Assembly: GCF_009914755.1 (NCBI RefSeq)
Contig: NC_060928.1
Direction: 5' to 3' (one strand)
Length of the DNA: 64,000 nt
From: the human T2T-CHM13v2.0 reference genome, Homo sapiens
The notes beneath the pieces were generated by a model, which saw nothing but the letters and a program-made list of their open reading frames with translations, made no database searches and was not told where the DNA came from. Every line of letters starts with the position of its first letter. Position 1 is the stretch's first letter. Made by a program: the position numbers and the translations under genes. Positions 31,113-44,584 of the stretch are shown piece by piece.

Positions 31113-33190
31113 TGTCTTAGTCTTCGTGGGCTTACATGACAGAATACCATTGACTAGGTGTCTAAAACAACAGAATTTTGTTTCTCCCAGTTCTGGGGGC
31201 TGGGAAGTCGAAGATCAAGGTTCCGGCTGCTTTGGTTCCCAGTGAGGGCTCTCTTTCTTGCTTGCAGATGCTGTCTTCTTGCTGCATCCTGGCCTTTCCT
31301 CTGTGCTTTCACAGAATGACAGCAAGAGAGCTCTATAATGTCCCTTCTTATAAGGGCACTCATCTTATCTCACCAGGCTCCCACTCTCATAATCTCAACT
31401 GATAATTACCTCCCAAAGCCCTATCTTCAAATATCATCCCACTGGAAGTTAGTGAGAGGTGACAATGTGCTAGCAGCCCTCGCTCACTCTCAGCACCTCC
31501 TCAGCCTTGTCGCCCCCTCTGGCCGCGCTTGAGGAGCGCTTCAACCGGCCGCTGCACTGTGGGAGCCCCTTTCTGGGCTGGCCGACGCTGGAGCCCTCTC
31601 CTTCTGCTTCTGGGGAGGTGTGGAAGGGAGAGGCGCTGGCGGGAACCAGGGCTGCACATGGCGCTCATGGGCCAGCATGAGTTCTGGGTGGCTGTGGGCT
31701 CAGTAGGCCCCACACTTGGAGTGGCCGGCTGGTGCTGCCAGCACTGGGCAGTGACGGGCTTAGCACCCCAGCCAGCAGCTGCAGAGGGGGTGCCAGGTCC
31801 CCAGCACTGTCAGCCTGCCCACGCCATGTTTGAATTCTCACCAGGCCTCAGCCGCCTCCCCACAGGGCAGAGCTCAGGACCTGCAGCCCGCCATGCCTGA
31901 GCCCCCCCACAATGGGCTCCCGTGTGGCCCAAGCCTCCCCAATGTGTGCCACCCCCTCCTCCATGGCACCGGGTCCCATCAACCGCCCAAGGGCTGAGGA
32001 GTGCAGGCATGTGGCACGGGACTGGCGGACAGCTCCACCCACAGCCCTGGCATGGGATCCACTAGGCAAAGCCAGCTGGGCTCCTGAGTCAGGTGGGTAC
32101 TTGGAGAACTTTTATGTCTAGCCAGAGGATTGTATATGCACCAATCAGCACTCTGTGTCTATCTAGCTCCGGGTTCATGGATGCACCAATCAGCACTCTG
32201 TATCTAGCTAATCTGGTGGGGACTTGGAGAACTTTTATGTCTAGCTAAAGAATTGTAAATACACCAATCAGCACTCTGTATCTAGCTCAAGGTTTGTAAA
32301 CGCACCAATCAGCACCCTGTGTCTAGCTCAAGGTTTGTAAATGCACCAATCAGCACCCTGTGTCTAGCTCAAGGTTTGTAAATGCACCAATCAGTGCTCC
32401 GTGTCTAGCTAATCTAGCGGGGACTTGGAGAACTTTTATGTCTAGCTAGAGGATTGTAAATACACCAATCAGCACTCTGTGTCTAGCTCAGGGATTATAA
32501 ATTCACCAGTCAGCACCCTGTCAAAACGGACCAGTCAGCTCTCTGTAAAACAGACCAATCAGGTATCTGTAAAATGGACCAATCAGCTGTCTGTAAAATG
32601 GGCCAATCAGCACGATGTGGGTGGGGTCAGATAAGGGAATAAAAGCAGGCTGCCTCAGCCAGTAGCTACCATCTTGTGGGGTACTTTTGCACACTGTGGA
32701 GGATTTGTTCTTTTGTTCTTTGCAATAACTCTTGTTGTTGCTCACTCTTTGGGTCTGCACTGCCTTTATGAGCTGTAACAATCATCGTGAAGGTCTGCAG
32801 TTTCATTTTTGAGGCCAGTAAGACCACGAACCTACCGGGAGAAATGAACAACTCCAGAGGGGAGGAACGAACAACTCCACCCGCACCCCTTTAAGAGCTG
32901 TAACACTCACCGCCAAGGTCTGCAGCTTCACTCCTGAAGCCAGTGAGACCATGAATCCCCCAGAATGAAGAAACTTTGAAGATGTCCAAACACTGGGAGG
33001 CACAAACTTAGGACGCACCATCTGTAAGAATTGTAACAGCTGCCGCGAGGGTCCCCGGCTTCATTCTTGAAGTCAGTGAGACCGAGAACCCACCAATTCC
33101 GAACACATGAGGACTTCAACATATGAACCTGGTGGCAGGGTGGGGGGAGGGGGAGATGGCAGCGGGTGCGGGAGAGGTGACCATAATGGC
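31113..33190 (-). mobile_element. MLT1A/B MaLR LTR split by LTR12 (31113-31452 and 33108-~33190)
   Basis: tgtcttagtc...cagttctgggggctgggaagtcgaagatcaagg... resumes as ggacttcaacatatgaa after the LTR12. Confidence 0.8.
31453..33107 (+). mobile_element. LTR12-family (ERV9) solo LTR
   Basis: Starts tgagaggtgacaatgtgctagcagcc, ends caccaattccgaacaca. GC-rich U3, about ten CCAAT boxes at 32140-32610, aataaaag at ~32638, 4-bp TSD ttag/tgag. Confidence 0.96.
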
Positions 33191-33206
33191 ATACTATATA
33201 TTTTCC

Positions 33207-33493
33207 TTTTTTTTTTTTTGAGTCTTGCTCTGTGGCCTAGGCTGGAGTGCACTGGTGTGATCTTGGTTCACTGCAAGCTCTGCCTCCTGGTTTCATGCCA
33301 TTCTCTTGTGTTAGCCTCCCTAGTAGCTGGGACTACAGGCATCTGCCACCACGCCTGGCTAATTTTTTGTATATGTAGTAGAGACAGGGTTTCACCGTGT
33401 TAGCCAGGATGGTCTTGATTTCCTCTCCTTGTGATCTGTCCACCTCGGCCTCCCAAAGTGCTGGGATTACAGGCGTGAGTTACTGTGCCTGGC
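33207..33493 (-). mobile_element. AluY-like
   Basis: ctgcaagctc, ttcaccgtgttagccaggatgg; TSD atatattttc / atatgttttc. Confidence 0.92.
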
Positions 33494-34235
33494 ATATGTT
33501 TTCTTAAAAATGTGGGGACAACTTATACGCATGGATATACTGTAAAGAGGATAATCAGGAAATAAAAAGAGGAAAGGAGAAGAGAAATTACTGTTACCAG
33601 AAACCCTGCATTGGGTTATTTCAGGTGCTGAAGTTAGCACTGTTTTCCTAGAACCTACAACACAAGGGAAGACAAGTTGAGATAGAAGGAGGAGCACAAG
33701 AAGGATGAGAATGAGGAGTAAGAGAAGGAAGAAGAGGAGGAATCTATCAATTTTTACAAACAAAATTTTGATACTGCCATTGAATTTAAAGAGGAAAGTT
33801 TTGAAAAGCAAGGACTTATATTTGAGGTATTGGGAAAAATAAATAAATTTAACAAGTTATAGACTAAAAATAAATGGTTAAAATCAACATTTCTCATAGC
33901 AACTCTCACTAATACTTGTGTGGTATTACTTTAAATCTTAATTCAGAGTAGCCTCTTTTTGTTTTCAGCATCTAAGATTATGTGGTATATTTTGTTTTGC
34001 GATGACAATACAAGATCAGACCTCAGAGAGTCTAAAGACAATCTTAAATGAATTGTTTATTTGACAGATTCTCACACATCATTGATTTCAAATGGTCTTT
34101 AGCATAATTTATCATCATGTTGTGAAAATTTAAGACCTAAAATTGTGGAATTTCCTGGATCAGTCTATTTATTTCTAGAATTGGCTACAAAGCAGATCAA
34201 AATTAAGCCTTCAAAGAAAATATAAAAACATTGTC

Positions 34236-34543
34236 AGCTGGGCACGGTGGCTTACGCCTGTAATCCCAACACTTTGGGAGGCTGAGGCTGGCAGATAACT
34301 TGAGGTCAGGAGTTTGAGACCAGCCTGGCCAACATGATGAAACCTTGTCTCTACTAAAAATACAAAAAAATTAGCCAGGCATAGTGGCAGGTGCCTGTAA
34401 TTCCAGCTACTCGGGAGGCTGAGGCAGGAGAATTGCTTGAACCTGGGAGGCAGAGGTTTCAGTGAGCCAAGATTGCACCACTGCACTCCAGCCTGGGCAA
34501 CAGAGTAAGACTCCGTCTCAAACAAAAAAACCAAAAAACAAAA
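34236..34543 (+). mobile_element. AluS (Sx/Sz)
   Basis: Full dimer with cttgaggtcaggagtttgagaccagcctggcc. Confidence 0.93.
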
Positions 34544-34769
34544 TTGTCAAGCAATTGAGGGAAATTTTTGCTTGAAATCTATGAGAAAATTGCCCTTTAG
34601 CCTAAAATTGACATATTTAGTCAAATTTTTAAAAATTTAGTCAAAAAAGAAATGCATGACCTCTGTCAATTTTTTAATGGATTTTCCATTAAGTGTCAGC
34701 TGCGAATTGAATAAAAATAGCGACTATTTACTGAAGATCTCCCACTTAGAAAATTCTTTCTATACGTCA

Positions 34770-34930
34770 TCTCATTCTGTCATCACAATCACTTAAGACC
34801 AACATGCCTTTACTGCTAACACTTTACAGACGAGGAAACCGAGGCTTATAATGGGAAGTAGCTTGATGAGAGGTACATAGTTAATGGCAAGCTAGATTTG
34901 CAGCGCAGATATAATTTTCACACTATAATG
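34770..34930 (-). mobile_element. MIR fragment
   Basis: Core tttacagacgaggaaaccgaggct. Confidence 0.65.
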
Positions 34931-36579
34931 TAGCATCGATTTGTGGAACATAAAAAATTTCTAATAGAATTACTTAGTGTTATACATATAACTGAGGGGG
35001 TGCGTTTTCAAAATACAATGATTTTATTTTAATGTAATTGAGTATACTTTGTATCTTTGACAGTAATCAATCACGTGTTTCAGAGATTTCTTCATTCTCT
35101 TCTTCTTTATGAACAATAAAACACCATTAATGACATCAACAAAGATAATTTTTTCTGGTTTGGTATATCGATATATTGATACCTCTGCTATATTGATATA
35201 CTGTCATATTTGTATATCTGATATATTTGGTTAATCTGATACACTGATTAATAGCTGTCCTAACTTGTTTTATATAGGTTTTTTTTTTGAAAAGAGGAGC
35301 CAAAAAACTTTTATTTTAGGTGTAATATATCATTTAAAAGAAGATCTGTTAGAACTTTGGTCAACTTGGATTTTCATAGGAGCATTATAACACAGGTTTG
35401 GAGTATTAATAGGAACTGTACCTACAATCTAAATTTCTATATTTAAATAATTGAAAATGGAAAGTAAATGCTGTGAAAAATTTATTTTGATCTTATGAGA
35501 GTATTTTTCTTTAAAAAATATATCACATTTTAACTTCTCAAAGAAACTCTTTTTAGGGAATATTGAGTCAATTAGCTAAGAAATCTCCCCACCTCGCAAA
35601 GATTACACATATATTTTATAACTGAGTGTAAAGTATGATAATCCCCAATGAGATATAGAAATTCAGTTACAAGAGATCAGATAGCCTCGAAGTAGTGAAA
35701 TCATTAAATCTTATGGAAATGACCCAGAATCCTAACAGGTCAGAGGAGTCTTTTTAGAGCTTCATTCTTGAGTGAAATATTTTCTTTAGTTTTCAAGGGA
35801 ATATCAGTTGTAGTAGGATATTTTGAAAGTAAAATTCTGGCAAAAAGTAAAATCTTTGATAGATACCAGTTCCCCAGTGAGGTTTATTGTAATCATAATC
35901 ACAGTTGTGCTTTGTTTTATGAACTCATTCTGTATTACTTTATTAAGTCTTTAGCTGACTGTAAGAGTTTCCTTGGAGGTGTTTTCTCAACTATTTTGCT
36001 AGGAATTTGGCTTCAAGGTAATATTTATCCAACCCAGTCATAGACTGTCAAGTCTTCTACAAGGAATACAGGCTGCTTTCATATTGTCTAAAGTCTGTTG
36101 ATAGGAAGTTAAAGTGAATTTTTTTTCTACAAAAGAAAGTGAATAGTGTTGTACATTCTTTAGTCCTCAGGGGTTGATACTGAAATTGGCCAATTATTTT
36201 ATCCATGTGGAGAAATATTTTAATATAACCCAAAGATTATAATTAAGATACTGTGCATAAAATACTTTGAAATAATAATGTTGAGGGTCAGAATGAAATT
36301 TGTATTGTTAGTAAGATTTTTAAATGAAATATTTTAAATAGAAAAGTGGAGAAAAATATGAAACATATATCACAAAATTTAACAAATGTGAGAGCCTTGA
36401 CATGTAAGCTTCAGCTATTTTTTTCATAAACAACTCAGACACAGTTCAAATCTTTTAAAAATTCCTCTCATTATATTTCTTCTCTTTCACACATTTGTGA
36501 AACTATTTTTTTCCAATTGTTTTAATAATACATTTTCTTATGTAGCTCCTTAGGAGGTTTTTAAGTTGTTAAATTTCAT

Positions 36580-38790
36580 TTTAAATTATTTAATTTTTTT
36601 GACATTGACAAAATTGCATATATTTATGTATACAACATGATGGTTTGATATATGTATACATTGTAAAGTGGCTAAAAATAAAGATAATTAATATATGCAT
36701 TACCTCACATACTTTTTTTTGTGCTGCGAATACATAAAATTTGCTGTAAGCAATTTTAAAGTATACAGTACATTGTTATGAACTATAGTCATTGGGATGT
36801 GCAGTAAGTGACTTCAGTATATTACTGTTATCTAACTGAATTTTGTGTTCTTTGACAAACATCTCCCCAGTATCCCCTTTCCCCAGCCTCTGGTGACCAC
36901 CATTCTCTCTGCTTCTGTAAGTTCAACGTTTTTATTCCACATATAAGTGAGATCACACAGCATTTGTCTTTATGTGCCTGGCGTATTTCACTTAATGTAA
37001 TGTCTTCCAGGTTGATCCATGGTGTTGTCAATAATAGGGTTCCTCATCTTTTTAAGGCTGAATAGTATTCCATTGTACCCATACCACATTTTCTCTTTCT
37101 TTCTTTTTCTGATTTCAATGGTTTGCTTATTTATTTATTTATTTATTTATTTTCTTTAACTTTTATTTTAGTTTCAAGGGTACATGTGCAGATTTGTTAC
37201 ATGGGTAAGTTGCATGTCACAGAGGTTTGGGGTACCTGTCACTCAGGTAATCAACATAGTACCCAATAGGTAGCTTTTCAATCCTCACCTTCCTCCCCAC
37301 TTCCAGCCCTCAATGATGCCCTGGTGTTTATTGCTCCTTTTTCTGTGTCCATGTGTACTCAGTGTTTAGCTCCCACTTATAAATGAAAACATGCAGTGTT
37401 TGTTTTTCTGCTCCTGTATTAGTTTGCTTAGGATAATGGCCTCCAGTTCCATCCATGTTGCCATAAAGGACACAGTCCTGTTCTTTTTTATGGCTCTAGA
37501 GTATTCCATGGTGTATATATACCACATTCTCCTTTTCCAGTGCAATGTTGATGGCTGTCCAGGTTGAGTCTTTGCTACTGTGAACGCTGCTGCAGGGAAT
37601 GTAGGGATGCATGTGTCTTTATAGTAGAACAATTTATATTCCTTTGGGTACATACCCAGTAATGGGATTGCTGGGTCAAATGGTAGTTGTTTTCAGTTAT
37701 TTGAGAAATCTCCCAATGCTTTCCTCAGTGTCTGAACTAATTTATACTCCCATCAGCAGTGTGTATGTTTTCTCGTTACTCCACAACCTTGCCAGCATCT
37801 GTTATTTTTTGACTTTTTGATAATAGCCATTCTGACTGGTGTGAGATGGTATCTCATTGTGGTTTTGATGTGCATTTCCCTAATGATTAGTAATATTTAG
37901 CATTTTTTCATATGCTTGTTGGCTGTATGTATGTCCTCTTTTGAGAATTGTCTGTCCATGTCCTTTGCCCACTTTCTAACAGGTTTTTTTTTTTTTTTGC
38001 TTGTTGATTTAAGTTCCTTATAGATTCTGGATATAAGACCTTTGTCATATGCATAGTTTGCGAATATTTTCTTCCATTCTGTAGTTTGTCTATTTACTCT
38101 ATTGATAGTTTCTTTTGCTGTGCAGAAGCTCTTTAATTAGATCTCACGTGTCCATTTTTTGTCATTGGAATTGCTTTTGGAGTCTTCATTATGAAGTCTG
38201 CCAGGACCATTGTACAGAATAGTATTTCTTAGGTTTTCTTTTAGGGTTTTTATAGTATTAGATTTTACATTTAAGTCTTTAAAACACCTTGAGTTGAGTT
38301 TTGTATATGGTGAAAAGTATGGACCCAGTTTCAATCTTCTACATATGACTGATCAGTTATCCTTGCACCATTTGTTTAATAAGGAGTCCTTTCCCCATTG
38401 CTTGTTTTTGTTGACTTTGTCAAAGATCAGATGATAGTAAGTGTGTGACTTTATTTCTGGGTTCTCTAACCTGTTCAATTGGTCTATGTGACAGCTTTTG
38501 TACCAGTACTATGCTATTTTAGTTACTATATCCTTGTAGTATATTCAGGCTTTTTGGTTACAAATGAATTTTAGAATAGTTTTTTTTTTAATTCTGTGAA
38601 AAAAATGTCATTGGTAGTTTGATAGGAATAAACAACAATGAATCTGTAAATTGCTTTGGGATGTATGGCCGTTTTAACGATATTGAATTTTTGTATTCAT
38701 CAGCATGGAATGATTTTTCATTTTTTAATGTCATCTCTGAGTTCCTTCAGCAGTGTTTTGTAATACTCAATGTAGAGATCTTTCACCTTC
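36580..38790 (-). mobile_element. Nested L1 3' ends: L1MA (36580-37095) and L1PB/L1MA-type (37100-38790)
   Basis: Two successive L1 3' UTRs. ORF2 C-terminal peptide MWYIYTMEY...WMELEAIILSK. Confidence 0.85.
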
Positions 38791-39212
38791 AAGGCAGCCT
38801 GCTGGAAGAAGCACAGTTTACTGGAGCCCTGGTGCTTCCTCTCTGGCCCCATCACTGCATTTGCACAAAGCCCAGACACTTCCCCAGCAGTTCCCAGTCA
38901 GCAACTGAAATAGCCAAGGGTGCTACTATGCACCAGTCTGGAGCTGCTTTCCAGTGGGCCACTTTTGTTTGGGAAACCCCAGTTGACCTGGGTAAGACTG
39001 TTTTAGAGATACTCTGACTAAGCCTCTTCCTCACTAATCATTCCCTCCCACTGTCCTTTCACAGGTGCCAGCCCTCCTTCTTGGCTGTGAGGTTCTCTCT
39101 GCCTACTCCTGCTCCTTCCCTCTTTGTCTTTCACAATCTTCTCCCCATAAACTTCTCACCAGTCTCACTCTGCTTGGTATTTGCTTTTCAGAAGAATGAA
39201 CAAATATATCAG
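38790..39212 (+). mobile_element. LTR16-like ERVL LTR fragment
   Basis: tcctttcacagg...ccccataaacttctc...gcttttcagaagaa resembles the LTR16 3' end. Confidence 0.55.
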
Positions 39213-40112
39213 CTTTTTGCTTCTCTATAACATGATTTGAAAGTAAGGAAAACAAACAAACATAGTTTTCATTGAGATATCTAATGGACAAACTGTTATT
39301 AATACTATAATAGCCAATTCTAATATTTAAGTATCTTAGCATAATTAATAAAGATTTTAGAAACACGTTGCTTAGTAAATTGTAAGGCGTCCTAGATATC
39401 TGAGAAGTCAATATCTTTATTTTCATGAAAATGTGGTTATTTGTAAAAACAAAAATAATTAGGTATGCATAACTGAAAAGTTTACTCTTCTGTTGTTTTC
39501 TATTTTACTTATTTACTTATTTTTATTGGCAAGTTACAATTGTATACATTTATGGGGTACAATGCGAAACATATATACACATATATATGATATATACACA
39601 CACACACAAGCAATGTGGCATGATTAAATTGAGCTAATTATCATTCATAACTTCACTAACCTATCATGGGGAGACATTTGAAATTTTATGATGAGACATT
39701 TGAAATTTTCCTTTAGTTATTTTGAAATATTTAATACATTATTATTTACTATAGTAACCTTGCTGTGCAATAAATCTCAAAATCTGTTACTCTTGTCTAC
39801 CTATAACTTTGTACCTTTTGATAAGCAACACTCCATCTCCTCTCTTTCCATGGCTGGCATCTAGTAACCATCATTCTAGTCCCTGGTTCTATGAGTTCAA
39901 CTTTATTAGAGTCCACATATAAGTAAGATAATCTAGTATTTGTCTTTCTGTGCCTAGCTTATTTCATTTAGTACAATGTTGTTCAAATTCATCAATTTTG
40001 TTGCAAACAATGGGACGTTCCGCAATTTTCAAGGCTGAATAATATTGCTTTGTGTACATATACCACATTTTCTATATCCATTCATCCATTGATGGACACT
40101 TAGGTAGTTTCT

Positions 40113-40744
40113 GTATTTTTTTATACTTTAAGTTCTGGGGTACATGTGTAGAACGTTCAGGTTTGTTACATAGGTATACACGTGCCATGGTGGTTTGCTG
40201 CACCCATCAGTCTGTCATCTACATTAGGTATTGCTCCTAATGCTATCCCTCCCCAGCCCCTCACCCCTTGACAGGCCCTGGTGTGTGGTGTTCCCCTTCC
40301 TGTGTCCATGTGTTCTTATTGTTCAATTCCCAATTATGAGTGAGAATATGTGGTGTTTGGTTTTCTGTTCTTGTGTTAGTTTGCTGAGAATGATGGTTTC
40401 CAGCTTCATCCATGTCTCTGCAAAGGACATGAACTCATCCTTTTTTATGGCTGCATAGTATTCCATGGTGTATATGTGCCACATTTTCTTTATCCAGTCT
40501 ATCATTGATGGTCATTTGGGTTGGTTCCAAGTCTTTGTTATTGTGAACAGTGCCACAATAAACATAAGTGTGCATGAGTCTTTAGAGTAGAATGATTTAC
40601 AATCCTTTGGGTATATACCCAGCAATGGGATCGCTGGGTCAAGTGGTATTTCTGGTTCTAGATCCTTGAGGAATTTTCACACTGTCTTCCATAATGGTTG
40701 AACTAATTTACCCTCCAACCGTGTAAAAGTGTTCCTATTTCTCC
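40113..40744 (-). mobile_element. L1PA 3' end (~630 bp)
   Basis: Peptide WIKKMWHIYTMEYYAAIKKDEFMSF and a typical L1PA 3' UTR. Confidence 0.92.
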
Positions 40745-40956
40745 TGTTGTGAATAGCACTGTAAAGAACAAGAGAGTGCAGATAGCCCTTGGATATATTA
40801 ATTTGGGGAAAAGGTTAACAAAGCATACCTCTTACAAGGGGTTAAAGGGTGCTGTGCCAGGTGCCTTTAGTCTCAGTTACTTGGGATACTGAGGCAGGAG
40901 GATCCTGGGAGCCCAGCTTGGACAACATGGCAAGGCATCATCTCTTTTTAAAAAAG

Positions 40957-41536
40957 TGTGTGTGTGTCTATATATATATATAGACACACACACACGTGTA
41001 TACACACACATATGTATACACACATACATACACATGTGTACACGTATATATACACATGTATACACACGTGTATATATACACATATGTATACACACACGTA
41101 TATATACATATGTACACACACATATATACACATATATGTATACACACGTATATACACATATGTATACACACGCATATATACATATATGTACACACACATA
41201 TACACATGCACACACATATATACACATGTATACACACGTATATACACATATGTATACACACATATACACATATATGTATACACACACATGTATACACATA
41301 TATACTCATATGTATACACACATATACACATGTATACACACATACACATATGTATACACACATATATACATGTATATGCACACATATATACATATGTATA
41401 CACATATATACACATGTATATGCACACATACATACACATATGTATACACACATACACATATGTATATGCACGCACATACACATATATAAACACATATTTA
41501 TACACACACACATATGTATATATATACATACACACA
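40957..41536. repeat. ~580-bp degenerate (TA/CA/TG)n alternating purine-pyrimidine repeat
   Basis: Directly visible; recurring catatgtatacaca units. Confidence 0.96.
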
Positions 41537-42446
41537 ACTCAATAGCAAGAAAAAAATAAACAGATTAAAAAAGGGGCCACGGACCGAAACAGACACTTCT
41601 CAAAAGAAGACACACAAATGGCCAAAAGGTACATGAAAAAATGCTTAGTACACTACTCAGTAGGGAAATGCAAATTAAAACCACAGTGAGATATCACTTC
41701 ACACCTGTTAAAGTAGCTTTTATGAAAAAGATGAAATACAACAGTGATGAAGAGGAAGCTGAAAAAATAGAACTCTTTTACACCATTGGTGAGAATGTAA
41801 ATTAGTATGTCTATTACGGAAAATAGTCTGGAAGTTCCTCAAAAACTAAAAACAGAACGACTGTATGACCCAGTAATCATTCCTGAGAATATACCCAGGA
41901 TTTAACCCCTTAATGTAAATTACTTCTTCTAAAAACAGTTTGTCTCTCGGTAACTTGAGGAAATATGAAGATCAAATGAAATGATGCGAAGCTGAGATCA
42001 GCTGTGTGGAGTCAGGAGAGTGGTGTCTTGGCAATGACGTTCCTCTGGGCTTTGAAAACATGCCAAATCGTCCGTCAAATTAAAGACTCAGTGAGGGTGG
42101 CAATTCAGAAGCCGCCTTCATGGCCTTAGAATCACCGGACTTCAGACATCAATGTGTAGTGTCCAAGTGCTAAACTTGCGCATCCTTACACCATGCGAGT
42201 ATTCTGGCCTATCTGTGTGAGGGAGACCTAGAATACACAGTAACAAATGAGATTCAGATAAGATGTTACAAAAATAAAAAGCGAATCACCTAACTTAGTT
42301 CCAGGAATGCAGAAAATAAATGTTGCTATTTCAGGAACTGTTCCTTTTTTTAAGAATATAAATTTATTTTATAAAATAGAGGATGGTTTATTTGTTATAC
42401 ATCATGTCACACTGCCGTTACTTGTTCATCCTCATTCCTTGGAAGT

Positions 42447-42601
42447 AATATTATTTGCTCCCCCTATACATCTAAATTACTACTACTTAGTAGTAGTCAA
42501 ATATTATTTGCTGCCCTTATACAACTAAAATATTATTTGCTTCCCTTATGCAACTAAAATATTATTTGCTCCCACTATACGTCTAAATTACTACTACTTA
42601 G
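42447..42601. repeat. Local tandem repeat: four copies of a ~29-bp unit with an internal palindrome
   Basis: aatattatttgct.ccc.tat.c..ctaa occurs four times. Confidence 0.88.
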
Positions 42602-42804
42602 ACACTAAGCAGGATTGGATTGATGGTCTTTGAAATGGCAACCTCGTGCAGAATTCATTTGGTCAAGTTTATTGAGTAGGGCTGCAATTCATATGGAAAA
42701 GAAAAGCCATGAGAAACATGTCCCGCAACTGACAATGCTCTGTCAGCTTCTCCAAATATTATAGCAACTGAATGAAAAAATATTTTATAAAAATAGCAAG
42801 TTAC

Positions 42805-43106
42805 GGCCGGGCGCGGTGGCTCACGCCTGTAATCCCAGCACTTTGGGAGGCCGAGGCGGGCGGATCACGAGGTCAGGAGATCGAGACCATCCTGGCTAAC
42901 ACGGTGAAACCCCGTCTCTACTAAAAATACAAAAAATTAGCCGGGCGAGGTGTCGGGCGCCTGTAGTCCCAGCTACTCGGGAGACCGAGGCAGGAGAATG
43001 GCGTGAACCCCAGAGGGCGGAGCCTGCAGTGAGCTGAGATCGCGCCCCTGCACTCCAGCCTGGGCGACAGCGAGACTCCGTCTCAAAAAAAAAAAAAAAA
43101 AAAAAA
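42805..43106 (+). mobile_element. Young AluY (Ye5-like)
   Basis: CpGs largely intact; gggcgaggtg, gaacccc..gggcggagcctgcag, gcgacagcgagac. Perfect 16-bp TSD aaaaatagcaagttac (42789-42804, 43102-43117). Confidence 0.95.
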
Positions 43107-44535
43107 TAGCAAGTTACTCATTCATCATCTAAATTAGATGTACAGCAAAGGAGTTCATGCAACTTTCTGAGTTTATTTGGTAAGTATAAAGTAATTTTGT
43201 ATGACAGACATCTATTTGCCTTGATACATCACTATAATTATGAAGTTACATTTTAAAGTATATGGCAGTGAATTTTGAAAAACACATAACCATTATAGAA
43301 CGAGACTTAGTGAGGAGAAGTCATAGGGGACATTTATTTTACTGTCATTGAGACTAATGTAAAAATGGCAGTAATATACAGAAAGAAATTCTGCTTACTC
43401 TTTCATTACTATAATGGATAAAATTTTAATTGCCTGTTTTTCCTTGAAATGTAAATATTTATGAAATGTGAAATACTCTGTAAAGAAATTTTAGCTTAAC
43501 AAATATTAAAAATGAATTATTTATGCAAGTAATTTTGTCCTTAAATATAGCCGAAGCATTTGCATAGCTGAAAAATAAGATTCAAATCTCTATGAACAGA
43601 TGATTTTATATGTACATATGTAATTAATAGAAACTCAGAAATTATAACAAGACCATAGTTCAAAAAGTAAAGTCATCTATTATGATGACTGAAGAATAAT
43701 AATTTTGGAAAACATTATTTTATAGCAAAACATTATTAATAAGATTAACCTAAAAAATCTTTCTGCTTTCCCTTAGGCTCTACATTCTTTTTAAATACCA
43801 TTAACGTAAATTCCTGAAATTGTAAGGAACAAAATGAATTTTACAAAATACCATTTATCTCTCTCTAGAGTAATGGTAAAAGTCCAAATAAATGAGCTAA
43901 TAGGATTGTATACAATTTCCTTCTAAAAACACAAATGTAGTTTTAAAGAACTTTTAACTATGTGTTCAAACTACATAATTCTTCTTTATTCATCTACCCA
44001 AAGTATAATTATAGCAAGTAAACATAGTGACTTCAATTAATTATGCCCAATTTTGAGGAAGAAAAAAATGTGTCTTTTATGAATTTTAAATTAAACTCAA
44101 ATACACAAATCAATGTTATTTTAACTAAATAAAAAATGAAAATAAATGTACCCCAAATTCTGGTTTGTTAAGTTCAAAAAAAGTAATATACTGACAAAAG
44201 TCATAAGCTTAATATACACTGGGTGCATTTAACTAGAGTAATATTTTTAACAAAGAGAGAATAGGTTGTCCATAATGTTTATTTTACTGAATGGTCCGCT
44301 AGGATGATGGCATTATAAATATGTATGTGTGTGTGTGTGACAGAGAAAGAAAGATAATTTTTAGGCAAAATTCAGTTCAAAAATTGCTTGCATTGAAATA
44401 TAAACACTTTACTTATTAAACAGCTCATTTTTCTTTCATTTGGATCGTATTATTTTAAAATTATTTCAAACATAGTAAAATGTTCACATTTAAAAGCCCA
44501 TTTCAGAAGAAAAACAGCAGGACAAATAGATAAAA

Positions 44536-44542
44536 GATAGAT

Positions 44543-44584
<42 letters not shown>

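Larger units (their letters stand above)
39500..41900 (-). mobile_element. L1MA with inverted 5' segment, interrupted by L1PA, FLAM and a microsatellite
   Basis: Minus-strand L1 at 39500-40112 and 40745-40804; plus-strand L1 at 40805-41900 (agacacttctcaaaagaagac...). Confidence 0.75.

Noticed and set aside
40877-41559. Six overlapping 140-195 aa ORFs rich in C/V/Y/I/H/T/M
   Set aside because: Alternating purine-pyrimidine repeats cannot contain TAA, TAG or TGA, so these ORFs are artefacts of the microsatellite.
42447-42601. CRISPR-like array of ~29-bp repeats
   Set aside because: No unique spacers, units are abutting and degenerate, no cas genes, primate context.
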